A DNA stretch of 64,000 nucleotides from an uncultured delta proteobacterium (GTDB taxonomy: Bacteria > Myxococcota_A > Polyangia > Fen-1088): positions 26,186 to 90,185 of the forward strand of contig CAWGPW010000007.1 in assembly GCA_963824555.1 (NCBI GenBank), in the 5' to 3' direction. This document shows positions 26,689-35,794 of the stretch, one piece after another. The notes under the pieces were generated by a model. That model saw only the letters and a program-made list of their open reading frames with translations. It ran no database searches and had not been told where the DNA came from. Each line of letters begins with the position of its first letter. Positions within the stretch are counted from its first letter, which is position 1. A program made the translations under genes and the position numbers.

Positions 26689-28308
26689 CTAGAACGCGAC
26701 GTACGGCCCTTGGCCGCCGGGGGTGTCTTGCTGCTCGATGGCCGTGTAGACCGTGCGACCGTAGAAAAAGGGGAGTCCCCAAAGGAAATCAGGCACGCTC
26801 GATGTCCCCGACGAGGGGAACCCCGGCATTTCTGCTCCGAGAGTGCCCAAAGCGGAAATGGTCGCGCTGATCCTGCTGGCGCTGGCGATGGTGAAGGTCG
26901 CGAGCGCGCTCGCGTTGTTCCCGCCGAAAATGGTGGCGCTGAGGTTCGTCGAAGTCGCGGGACAGTAGAACGATGACATCGCGGCCGAGGTGCACAACGC
27001 CAGACCCGACGTGGCCGAGTTGAGGAAGGTGTAGGTGTTGGTGCCGCTGTCCATGAACCCGGTGTATTTCGTGCCGCCGACCGGATAGGTGGTTCCCACA
27101 TTGCCGTAGTCATCGACCGGCGTAATCACCGTCGCGCTCCCCAGGCCGTTGTTCGCCTGCGTGCCGATGCCGAATATCAACTTACCCGTCGTTGAAGCCA
27201 GTCCGCCTGCGGGCACGCTGGGCAATTGAATGACAACGCCATTGTTGTCGACCGGGAAACTCACGATGGGGTTTCTTACCTGGGACTCGATGGAAACCGC
27301 TGTCGTCTTGCAGCCGCCGGCTTGGTTTGATGTGCAGGCAAAATACATTCCCGGGTTGTTGCGGCCCGTCTGCGCACATGCTGTGCCGCAATCCTGCTGG
27401 CCGATACCCACGCCGATGATTCCATTCGCCATCAAGGATTGCAGGTCGGTGATGGCCGGGCCACTCGAACAAAGGCCGGAGGTGGGCATGGGATAGGTCT
27501 TCTCGCCAATGGCTTGGATCGGGAGCGCGGCTGCTGTCTCGCCACTGATCTTGACGTCGGCGCTTAGAATCGGCCCCCAGGCCGTGCCATCCACGAATTG
27601 CGTGCAGGAACCCAGCGGGTTTCCAGAGGCGTCCTTGACGGCCGGCAAAACCGGCGTGATTGCACTCTCTAGCACCCGCAAACCATACGACCCGGTATCG
27701 ACGAGAACGTGATCAATCGATTGGCAGGTGCTCGTACCCGGTTGGCACAAAGTCACCGTGACGAACAAGCCGTTGATGTAGCCGATGTTCTGTGGCCCCC
27801 GATCGACGACCGCCTGGATGGTATTATTTTCGCTCCCGGACGAACCGCCGGAAACAGTGACACCGCCGCTTCCACCCGATGCCCCGCCCGCAGCAGTCGT
27901 GCCGCCCCCGCCCGCAGCGCCGCCAGCGCTCGTCGTGCCGCCTTGGCCGATGGCGCCGCCCGTGCGCGACGAGCCTGCGGCGCCACCCGCGCCCCCGGAA
28001 TCTGTTGCGCCCCCTAGGTGAGACGCCCCCCCGGAACCGGTCACGCCGCCGACTCCCGATCCCCCTCCGGAACCGCCAGCAAGCCCCGAGCCTCCCGAGG
28101 AGCCCCCGGAACTGTCGGCACCGCCCGCACCCGACGAACCGCCCGAACCGCGCGCGCCGCCTGTATTGCTGGCTCCTCCCGTGGCTGCACCTCCGCTAGC
28201 CGCACCCCCAGTCGATCCATTCCCACCGGCGGCGCCTTGGGTGCGTCCGCTGCCGGTGCAGTTGAGGAACAAGATGGAAGCCATTGCAATGGGAAGTAGT
28301 CTGCGCAT
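26689..28308 (-). CDS. DUF3443-family lipoprotein with a bilobal pepsin-like aspartic-protease signature
   Basis: MRRLLPIAMASILFLNC (lipobox) and a Gly-rich tether. Then …HVLVDTGSYGLRVL… and …TGFMDSGTNTYTF…, which are DTG and DSG motifs about 190 aa apart. Confidence 0.85.
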   Translation of the reverse strand: MRRLLPIAMASILFLNCTGSGRTQGAAGGNGSTGGAASGGAATGGASNTGGARGSGGSSGAGGADSSGGSSGGSGLAGGSGGGSGVGGVTGSGGASHLGGATDSGGAGGAAGSSRTGGAIGQGGTTSAGGAAGGGGTTAAGGASGGSGGVTVSGGSSGSENNTIQAVVDRGPQNIGYINGLFVTVTLCQPGTSTCQSIDHVLVDTGSYGLRVLESAITPVLPAVKDASGNPLGSCTQFVDGTAWGPILSADVKISGETAAALPIQAIGEKTYPMPTSGLCSSGPAITDLQSLMANGIIGVGIGQQDCGTACAQTGRNNPGMYFACTSNQAGGCKTTAVSIESQVRNPIVSFPVDNNGVVIQLPSVPAGGLASTTGKLIFGIGTQANNGLGSATVITPVDDYGNVGTTYPVGGTKYTGFMDSGTNTYTFLNSATSGLALCTSAAMSSFYCPATSTNLSATIFGGNNASALATFTIASASRISATISALGTLGAEMPGFPSSGTSSVPDFLWGLPFFYGRTVYTAIEQQDTPGGQGPYVAF

Positions 28309-28317
28309 GGCGGTTCC

Positions 28318-28803
28318 CTAGCGAATGTCTTCTGGGTGGAAACCTTGTGGCAGGAGGTCGGTGAGATACGCGTGTCCGAAGAAGGCGCGTTGGTGCCCAC
28401 CCATGACCACAACCAGGCCGGGGATCTCGATGCGAAGCGGGCCCCGCCCCATACGCTTCTCTTTGGCGGCGGCAAGATAGCGATCGTAGTGTTTGCCCAT
28501 GAGCGCGCGCAGATTGGGGCGCCAGCCACCCGACCAGGCAATCCCGAACACCTTTCCACTCTCGTTGACAAACTGGCGAATGTTGCCGCCACTTGGCACC
28601 TGCAATTCGTGCATGGTGCAGTTTTCCCTTTGCACAACTTGCAGGTTCGCGTGCAAGCGGATCTGGTCGGCGGCGACCGAGTCAGCATCTTCACCAAGCG
28701 CAGCCTGGGCACCGGAAGAGAAAGCAAGGCTCGCTGCCAGAGCACCCATGATGCCAAGCGCGCGGCAACCCCTGATCAACCTGCTGGACGCAAAAAGGTT
28801 CAT
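28318..28803 (-). CDS. DUF2844-family secreted protein
   Basis: MNLFASSRLIRGCRALGIMGALAASLAFSSGAQA (signal peptide). Then …GKVFGIAWSGGWRPNLRALMGKHYDRYL…GLVVVMGGHQRAFFGHAYL…. It ends 10 nt upstream of the DUF3443 gene. Confidence 0.75.
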   Translation of the reverse strand: MNLFASSRLIRGCRALGIMGALAASLAFSSGAQAALGEDADSVAADQIRLHANLQVVQRENCTMHELQVPSGGNIRQFVNESGKVFGIAWSGGWRPNLRALMGKHYDRYLAAAKEKRMGRGPLRIEIPGLVVVMGGHQRAFFGHAYLTDLLPQGFHPEDIR

Positions 28804-28958
28804 GACAATCCGAGAGTATATCGAGTCAAGCGTCAATCGCGCTAGGGGAAAGGAGCAGGACACCGCTGTAGCTTGCACAAAGTGCCCGAACCACGCCGTG
28901 GGCAGCACACACGAATCGATAGACACGTCTTGAGCCAGGCACGGAGGGATGAGGGAAA

Positions 28959-30299
28959 TTAGAACTGTGTGATGAACTTCCAGGCTTCCGGTGGATTCCA
29001 GCTCGTTGTCTGGCCGGGATCGATTGGATCCCACCCGTGCGGACCGTTGAAAACGCAGTATTCGGTCGGGTGCCCCGCCGAGCAGCCCTTGTAGTTCGTG
29101 CAAGTGTGCGGCTGGCCGCTGGCTGGGAACGTTGTGGACGCAGGCTCTGGCGTGCATCCATTGACAGCGGCGAACTGGGCTTGCTTCACTTCTCCGAGCA
29201 TGGGCGAAGTGGTCATCCCCGCGCTGTCCTGGCTGGCCTGCGACGCATAGTACGCAATCGGCTTGGTTAGCGTCGTGGGGCAGGAATTGGTGAGATCCGC
29301 CCCCGAGAAAAACGCGACGGCGCGGAACACGTCAGCCCGCGTGCACGCGAGGGCCATGGCCATGGCCGCTCCAAAGCTGAATCCGGTCGCGAAGACTCGA
29401 GTGGTGTCGATGCAGAGGTCGCCTTCGACTTGGGCGAGGATTGCATCGGTAAACGCCACGTCTGTGTTGCTCCAGGACCCGGCCCCGTTGGCAGCGTCGG
29501 GCGCGACGAAGATGGTGTTCTTGCTGTCCAAAGTCGCCATCGTGAAGTAATTCCGGTCCGCAACGGACTGGGCCGATGACCCGGACTCGGCGAAGGCGAG
29601 GACCAGCCGATAGGCGTGGCTGCTATCGTAGCCGCCGGGCACGTCCAGAATGTATTTTCGCGAGCCGTTGCTCTGAATGGTGAGGGTCCCGTTCTGGAGT
29701 GTCCGTGATTTTCCGCAGCCTGCGCTTTGCGCCACGCTGGCGTCTGCTCCCGAGACGCCCGAGCTGCCGCCCGAACCTGGCCCGGTCGCGCCGCCGGATC
29801 CTGGTCCGATCGCACCACCCGATTGAGAGCCGCTCGTGCCGCCCGAACCGGAAATCGCCGAGCCGCCCGACCCAAGGCCACCGGCACCGCCCGATGCTAC
29901 GGTACCGCCCGAAGCGCCAGGTACCGTGCCTCCGGTGGCGGTCGATCCGCCATCGACGGCACCTCCCGATCCCAAGCGACCTCCCGTGCCCGTTCCGCCG
30001 CTTCCCGGGCCGATGCGCCCACCACTGCCACTCGCTCCACCTGTTCCGGGCTGTGCGGTACCACCGCTTCCCATCGTTCCCCCCGGGCTAAACGCGCCCC
30101 CGGTGCCATCCGCTCCACCCGTTCCCGATTTTCCACCGCTTGCCGTCGTTCCCCCTTGGCTGGGCAATCCGCCGGTGCCATTCGTGCCACCGCTTCCCGC
30201 CGAAGAAGGCGAGCTGCGCGATGAACAAGCAGCTGCTAGAACTGCGAGCACCGCCGCCATCGAATGGACACGCAACCCTCCGAATGCAGAAGACATCAT
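28959..30299 (-). CDS. Lipoprotein esterase, PHB-depolymerase / CE1-like family (third paralog)
   Basis: MMSSAFGGLRVHSMAAVLAVLAAAC and a Gly-rich tether. Then SAGCGKSRTL…YILDVPGGYD…IFVAPD…RVFATGFSFGAAM (GxSxG)…CVFNGPHGW…. Confidence 0.9.
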   Translation of the reverse strand: MMSSAFGGLRVHSMAAVLAVLAAACSSRSSPSSAGSGGTNGTGGLPSQGGTTASGGKSGTGGADGTGGAFSPGGTMGSGGTAQPGTGGASGSGGRIGPGSGGTGTGGRLGSGGAVDGGSTATGGTVPGASGGTVASGGAGGLGSGGSAISGSGGTSGSQSGGAIGPGSGGATGPGSGGSSGVSGADASVAQSAGCGKSRTLQNGTLTIQSNGSRKYILDVPGGYDSSHAYRLVLAFAESGSSAQSVADRNYFTMATLDSKNTIFVAPDAANGAGSWSNTDVAFTDAILAQVEGDLCIDTTRVFATGFSFGAAMAMALACTRADVFRAVAFFSGADLTNSCPTTLTKPIAYYASQASQDSAGMTTSPMLGEVKQAQFAAVNGCTPEPASTTFPASGQPHTCTNYKGCSAGHPTEYCVFNGPHGWDPIDPGQTTSWNPPEAWKFITQF

Positions 30300-30584
30300 T
30301 CCGAGCAGTGGGATCAGGGATCGAGTTCCGTCACGTTGACTCGCGTCAACGTAGGGGGCATGGCCGATGACGCTAAGAGCCACCTCCTCTGTACGCAAGC
30401 GCAACAACACCGGAACGAGCACGTGAGATTTTACGACAAGTTTGGTCGTTGGAAAACTAGAAGAAACGACACCCGAATCATAACTTCGGCATGAAGGAAC
30501 AGCGCGCGAAATGGTGAAGATGCAACACGACGTGTTCGGAGCCGTGTCGGGCTCCAACGCCTTGCTGGAGGCCCTGCAAGCCGC

Positions 30585-31448
30585 GTGAGCGGAGACACGG
30601 CGTCGTCATCTTGGAAGGCGTCGCTGGCGCTGACCTTCGCCGCCAGGCAGGGGGCGACCCGGTTGCTTCGTCGCGGCCACTTTGGTCCCCTGGTGGTACA
30701 GCGACCGTTCTTTCCCGAGGGCCCCAAGGCATGCCACGCGTACATTCTGCATCCGCCCGGCGGCATCGTGCCCGGGGACACCCTCGGGCTGGACATCGCC
30801 GTCGAGGACGGAGCGCACGCGCTCATCACGGCCCCCGCGGCGACCAAGATCTATCGCAGCGACGGTCGCATTTCTCGCCAAGTGCAAACCGTTCGAGCAG
30901 CGGCGGGCTCGATCGTCGAGTGGCTGCCCCAAGAAACCATCCTCTTCGAAGGCGCCCGCGCACACCTCGCAACCCGAATCGACTTGTCCGGCTCCGCCGC
31001 GTTCATCGGCTGGGACATCCTGTGCCTTGGCCGGGCCGCGTGCGGCGAGCGTTTCGGCGCCGATTCCCTTTGCCGACAGCATTTCGAGCTGTGGCGCGAT
31101 GGCCGGCCCCTGGTCTTGGAACGGACGCGCTACGAAGGCGACGTTCAAGATGCGACCTGGGGTCTGCGGGGCGCAACCGTCACCGGGACGCTGCTTGCCG
31201 CTTTGCCGGGATTGACCGACGAAGGCCCGGCTCACGAAACCAAACAAGCCCTGCTGCACGCCTTGCGCGGGCTCGGCGAACGCGAAGGCGAGCGCATCTC
31301 CGCCAGCGAGGTCGGTGGCGCCTTGGTTCTTCGCTACCTTGGAAACGGCGCCGAGAGTGCCCGCATCCTATTCGAGAAGGCTTGGCGCATCTTGCGACCG
31401 ACGCTTCTCGGTCGTCCGGTTTGCCTTCCTCGCATCTGGTCAACCTGA
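30585..31448 (+). CDS. ureD: Urease accessory protein UreD
   Basis: GTG start. …[43 protein letters not shown]… is the typical UreD/UreH pattern. Confidence 0.9.
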   Translation: MSGDTASSSWKASLALTFAARQGATRLLRRGHFGPLVVQRPFFPEGPKACHAYILHPPGGIVPGDTLGLDIAVEDGAHALITAPAATKIYRSDGRISRQVQTVRAAAGSIVEWLPQETILFEGARAHLATRIDLSGSAAFIGWDILCLGRAACGERFGADSLCRQHFELWRDGRPLVLERTRYEGDVQDATWGLRGATVTGTLLAALPGLTDEGPAHETKQALLHALRGLGEREGERISASEVGGALVLRYLGNGAESARILFEKAWRILRPTLLGRPVCLPRIWST

Positions 31449-31462
31449 TTCGTCGGAGATCC

Positions 31463-32092
31463 ATGGACCTACTTCCTCGTGAACAAGAAAAGCTTCTCCT
31501 CTTCGCGGCCGGCCTTCTCGCCGAGCGCAGAAAGGCCCGCGGGCTGAAGCTGAACTATCCCGAAGCCGTGGCGTACATCTCCGCCGCCATTCTCGAGGGC
31601 GCGCGCGACGGTCGAAGCGTGGCCGACCTGATGACCTACGGAACCCAGCTCCTCGGCGCCGACGACGTGATGGAAGGCGTGGCCGAGCTGATCCCCGAGG
31701 TGCAGGTCGAAGCGACGTTTCCCGACGGCACCAAGCTGGTGACGGTTCACCAGCCCATTCCTCTTTCCCATTCCGTTCCCGGCGAAGTGACGACCGCGCC
31801 GGGCGAGATCGTCCTCAACGAGGGTCGGACCACCCTCACCCTAGAGGTGGCCAACACCGGAGACCGACCCATCCAAGTGGGATCGCACTATCACTTCTTC
31901 GAGACCAATCCCGCCCTGCGTTTCGATCGCCCGAAGACGCGAGGCTTTCGTTTGAACATTCCCGCCGGCACTGCCGTGCGCTTCGAACCCGGGCAGACCC
32001 GCACCGTCGAGCTGTGCGCCTTCGCCGGCGACCGCGTGGTGCAGGGGTTCCGCGGCGAGGTGATGGGCCCACTCGACAAAGGTGCGTCATGA
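31463..32092 (+). CDS. ureAB: Urease gamma-beta fused subunit (UreA-UreB fusion)
   Basis: [39 protein letters not shown]… (gamma) continues without a stop into …[44 protein letters not shown]… (beta). 209 aa in total. Confidence 0.9.
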   Translation: MDLLPREQEKLLLFAAGLLAERRKARGLKLNYPEAVAYISAAILEGARDGRSVADLMTYGTQLLGADDVMEGVAELIPEVQVEATFPDGTKLVTVHQPIPLSHSVPGEVTTAPGEIVLNEGRTTLTLEVANTGDRPIQVGSHYHFFETNPALRFDRPKTRGFRLNIPAGTAVRFEPGQTRTVELCAFAGDRVVQGFRGEVMGPLDKGAS

Positions 32093-33801
32093 GACGCATC
32101 GATCGGCGCGCCTACGCCGACATGTACGGCCCCACCGTTGGGGATCGCGTGCGCCTCGGCGACACCGACTTGGTCGTCGAGGTCGAGCACGACCACGCCA
32201 TCTATGGGGAAGAGGTGAAGTTCGGCGGCGGCAAGGTCATCCGCGACGGCATGGGACAAAGCCAGCGCTTCGGCGCAGGTGTCGCCGATACCGTCATCAC
32301 CAACGCCGTGATCGTCGACCACTGGGGCATCGTCAAGGCCGACATCGGCATCAAAGACGGCCGCATTTCCGGCATCGGCAAGGCCGGCAATCCCGACGTG
32401 CAACCGGGCGTGACCATCGTCATCGGCCCCGGTACGGAAGTCATCGCGGGGGAAGGGTGCATCGCCACGGCCGGCGGCATCGATTCGCACATCCATTTCA
32501 TTTGTCCGCAGCAGGTTGACGAGGCGCTCATGTCCGGCATCACGACCATGATCGGCGGCGGCACCGGTCCCGCTGCAGGCACCAACGCGACCACCTGCAC
32601 GCCGGGGCCCTGGAACACGGCGCGCATGCTCGAGGCGGCCGACGCGCTGCCGGTGAATCTGGGCTTCCTCGCCAAGGGGAATGCCAGCCTGCCAGGTGGG
32701 CTGGTCGAGCAGATCGAGGCCGGGTGCATGGGTCTCAAACTGCACGAGGACTGGGGGACCACGCCGGCCGCCATCGACAATTGCCTGTCCGTGGCCGAGG
32801 CGCACGACGTGCAGGTGGCCATCCACACCGACACCTTGAACGAATCGGGCTTCGTCGAAGACACCATCGCCGCCTTTCGCGGCCGCGCCATCCACACCTA
32901 CCACACCGAAGGTGCCGGCGGCGGGCACGCGCCGGACATCATCAAGGTGTGCGGCGCCGCCAACGTGTTGCCGTCCTCCACCAACCCGACCCGGCCTTAC
33001 ACGATCAACACCGTCGACGAACACCTCGACATGTTGATGGTCTGCCACCATCTGGATCCGAGTATTGCCGAGGACGTGGCCTTTGCCGAGTCGCGCATTC
33101 GCCGCGAGACCATCGCCGCCGAGGACATCTTGCACGACCTGGGCGCCTTCAGCATGATGTCCAGCGATTCGCAGGCCATGGGCCGCGTGGGGGAGACCAT
33201 CACGCGCACCTGGCAGACCGCGCACAAGATGAAAGAGCAGCGTGGCCCCTTGCCAGCCGACGCCGCCGCTGGGGGCAAGAACGACAACTTCCGCGTGAAG
33301 CGCTTCATCGCGAAGTACACCATCAATCCCGCCATCACCCACGGTATTGCGCACGAAGTGGGTTCGCTCGAAGTGGGCAAGCTGGCCGACATCGTGCTGT
33401 GGAAGCCTGCCTTCTTCGGCGCCAAGCCTGCCCTGATCGTCAAAGGCGGATTCATCGCAGCCGCGCCCATGGGCGATGCCAACGCCTCCATTCCCACGCC
33501 TCAGCCGGTGCGCTTTCGCCCCATGTTCGGCGCCTTGGACGGCCCGCGCCAGAAGACCAGCGTGACCTTCGTCTCGGCGGCGGCGCTTGCGGCCGGCGTA
33601 GGCGAGCGACTGGGGCTACGCAAGCGCGTGGTCGCAGTCAAGGGAACCCGAACCATCCGCAAACGGGATCTTGTTCACAACGACTATCAACCGGTCATCG
33701 AAGTGGATGCACAAACCTATGCCGTGCGCGCCGATGGCCAGCCGCTCGTTTGCTCGCCCGCGCACAAGTTGCCGCTCGCGCAACGTTACTTTTTGTTCTG
33801 A
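32089..33801 (+). CDS. ureC: Urease alpha subunit
   Basis: [28 protein letters not shown]…[14 protein letters not shown]…[10 protein letters not shown]…. The ATGA start overlaps the ureAB stop. Confidence 0.95.
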   Translation: MRRIDRRAYADMYGPTVGDRVRLGDTDLVVEVEHDHAIYGEEVKFGGGKVIRDGMGQSQRFGAGVADTVITNAVIVDHWGIVKADIGIKDGRISGIGKAGNPDVQPGVTIVIGPGTEVIAGEGCIATAGGIDSHIHFICPQQVDEALMSGITTMIGGGTGPAAGTNATTCTPGPWNTARMLEAADALPVNLGFLAKGNASLPGGLVEQIEAGCMGLKLHEDWGTTPAAIDNCLSVAEAHDVQVAIHTDTLNESGFVEDTIAAFRGRAIHTYHTEGAGGGHAPDIIKVCGAANVLPSSTNPTRPYTINTVDEHLDMLMVCHHLDPSIAEDVAFAESRIRRETIAAEDILHDLGAFSMMSSDSQAMGRVGETITRTWQTAHKMKEQRGPLPADAAAGGKNDNFRVKRFIAKYTINPAITHGIAHEVGSLEVGKLADIVLWKPAFFGAKPALIVKGGFIAAAPMGDANASIPTPQPVRFRPMFGALDGPRQKTSVTFVSAAALAAGVGERLGLRKRVVAVKGTRTIRKRDLVHNDYQPVIEVDAQTYAVRADGQPLVCSPAHKLPLAQRYFLF

Positions 33802-33813
33802 AGGACGGGCTTC

Positions 33814-34290
33814 GTGTTGAACCTGCGCAGAAGGATCGGTGCAAGACCCGCCATCGAAGGTGGAGAGAGGATGGCGTCGCTGACGCTTTCGTTCGAGGCT
33901 CGGCGAAAAAGTCGCCTGCGCGCCAGTCTCGACGACGGTCGCGAAGTGGCGGTGTTTCTTGCCCGGGGAACGGTCCTGCGCGAAGGGGATTGTCTTTGCG
34001 ACGATGACGAGAAGGTGCCGGTCGTGGTCAGGGCCATTGCGGAGACCTTGTCCGTGGCGCGCACCGCGGATCGCCACCTCTTGGCTCGCGCCGCCTACCA
34101 CCTTGGCAACCGGCACGTCCCCTTGCAGATCGGTCCGGACTGGCTGGCCTACGGACACGACCACGTGCTCGACGACATGGTCCGCGCGCTCGGCCTGGCT
34201 GTGGCCGTCGAGCAGCGGCCCTTCGAACCGGAGGCCGGCGGATACAGCCATGGGCACGGGCATGGGCATGAGGAACAACATGGGCACTAG
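33814..34290 (+). CDS. ureE: Urease accessory protein UreE (His-rich tail)
   Basis: GTG start. …[19 protein letters not shown]… followed by the C-terminal tail [14 protein letters not shown]. Confidence 0.9.
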   Translation: MLNLRRRIGARPAIEGGERMASLTLSFEARRKSRLRASLDDGREVAVFLARGTVLREGDCLCDDDEKVPVVVRAIAETLSVARTADRHLLARAAYHLGNRHVPLQIGPDWLAYGHDHVLDDMVRALGLAVAVEQRPFEPEAGGYSHGHGHGHEEQHGH

Positions 34291-35012
34291 TTCTGCAGCG
34301 CAAGCGGAGCCTGTGCCGGCGTCGGCCTTCTCACCGGGTGTCGCGGGCGTGCCGCTTCTGCATCTCATGCACCTCGCAAGCTCCGCTCTCCCCATCGGGG
34401 CCTTCGCCTACTCGCAAGGGCTCGAACAAGCCATTGCACTTTCTTGGGTGAACGATGAGGCGTCCGCGGCCACCTGGATTCTCGGTCTGCTGTCGAATGC
34501 CGTGGGAAGATTGGATCTTCCAATCCTGGTTCGCTTGCATGAGGCGTTCGCGCGCGAGGACGATGGCGCCGCCCAGCGCTGGAGCGATTTCCTCTTCGCC
34601 TCGCGGGGAAGCTTCCGAGCTGCAGGCGGAAGAGCGGCACCTGGGCGGGGCGCTGGCCAAGGTTCTCGACGGTCTGGGCGTGGACGGCGCCCGCGCCTGG
34701 CTGGCGGAGCCGCACGTCACCCACGCCACCATGTTCGCCCTGGCCGCGGTCCGCTGGGAGATCCCCGTGACCTCGGCCGCGGCGGGATATGCCTTCGCGT
34801 GGACCGAAGCCCAGGTGGGCGCGGCCACGCGACTTTGTCCCCTCGGCCAAGGGACCGCGCAGCGGATCCTGTCTCGATCCCTGCCGGTCATCGACCGCGC
34901 GGTGACGAACGCTCACGCTTTCCCCGACGACGACCTTGGCACATCCGCGCCCGCCCAGGCCATCGCCAGCGCCTTGCACGAAACCCTCTACTCGCGGCTT
35001 TGCCGATCCTAA
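34280..35012 (+). pseudogene. ureF: Urease accessory protein UreF, disrupted by a 1-nt insertion in the G4 run 34605-34608
   Basis: Frame A reads …[24 protein letters not shown]…[10 protein letters not shown]. Frame B (ORF 34455..35012) reads [20 protein letters not shown]…[11 protein letters not shown]. Removing one G gives [16 protein letters not shown], the UreF consensus. May be a sequencing indel. Confidence 0.85.
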
Positions 35013-35023
35013 GGAGATCCATC

Positions 35024-35671
35024 GTGAACGAAAACCAACCCTTGCGCGTCGGTGTGGCAGGCCCTGTCGGGTCGGGCAAGACCGCCTTGGTCGATGCCCT
35101 TTGCAAGCAACTGCGCGATCGTTTCGACATCGCCGTCGTTACCAACGACATCTACACCAAGGAAGACGCCCAGTTTCTCGTCAAGAGCGGCGCCTTGCCC
35201 ACGGATCGCATCGTGGGCGTGGAAACCGGCGGCTGTCCGCACACGGCCATTCGAGAGGACGCCTCCATCAATCTGGCTGCCATCGACGACCTCATCCGGC
35301 GCTTTCCGCGCCTGGACATGATCCTGGTGGAAAGCGGCGGTGACAACCTGGCCGCCACCTTCAGCCCAGAGCTGGCGGACATCACCATCTATGTCATCGA
35401 CGTGGCCGGCGGCGACAAGATCCCGCGCAAGGGCGGTCCCGGCATCACCAAGTCGGATCTCCTGGTGATCAACAAGATCGACCTCGCCTCCTACGTCGGT
35501 GCGTCGCTCGAAGTCATGGATCGCGATGCACGCGTGCAACGGGGAACCCGGCCATTCCTGTTCACCAATATCAGGCAAGGCATTGGGGTGGCCGCGGTGG
35601 CGGACTTCGTGGTACAGCAGGGGCTCATGGACGTTTCACAGCGACGACCCGAGCAACGTAGCAACGTGTGA
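35024..35671 (+). CDS. ureG: Urease accessory GTPase UreG
   Basis: AAGGAG RBS and a GTG start. …[15 protein letters not shown]… is the P-loop. …VESGGDNL…VINKIDLA… follows. Confidence 0.95.
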   Translation: MNENQPLRVGVAGPVGSGKTALVDALCKQLRDRFDIAVVTNDIYTKEDAQFLVKSGALPTDRIVGVETGGCPHTAIREDASINLAAIDDLIRRFPRLDMILVESGGDNLAATFSPELADITIYVIDVAGGDKIPRKGGPGITKSDLLVINKIDLASYVGASLEVMDRDARVQRGTRPFLFTNIRQGIGVAAVADFVVQQGLMDVSQRRPEQRSNV

Positions 35672-35794
35672 CGCAATACCATCACCCTGAACGGAGCAGG
35701 GGGATACGACCTGGATGCGACCCACGAGGCTCGCTTGATCCGGGTACCTTCAGTAGGGCTGGTGCAGACGACGTGTAGACTCCCCTCACGCGAG

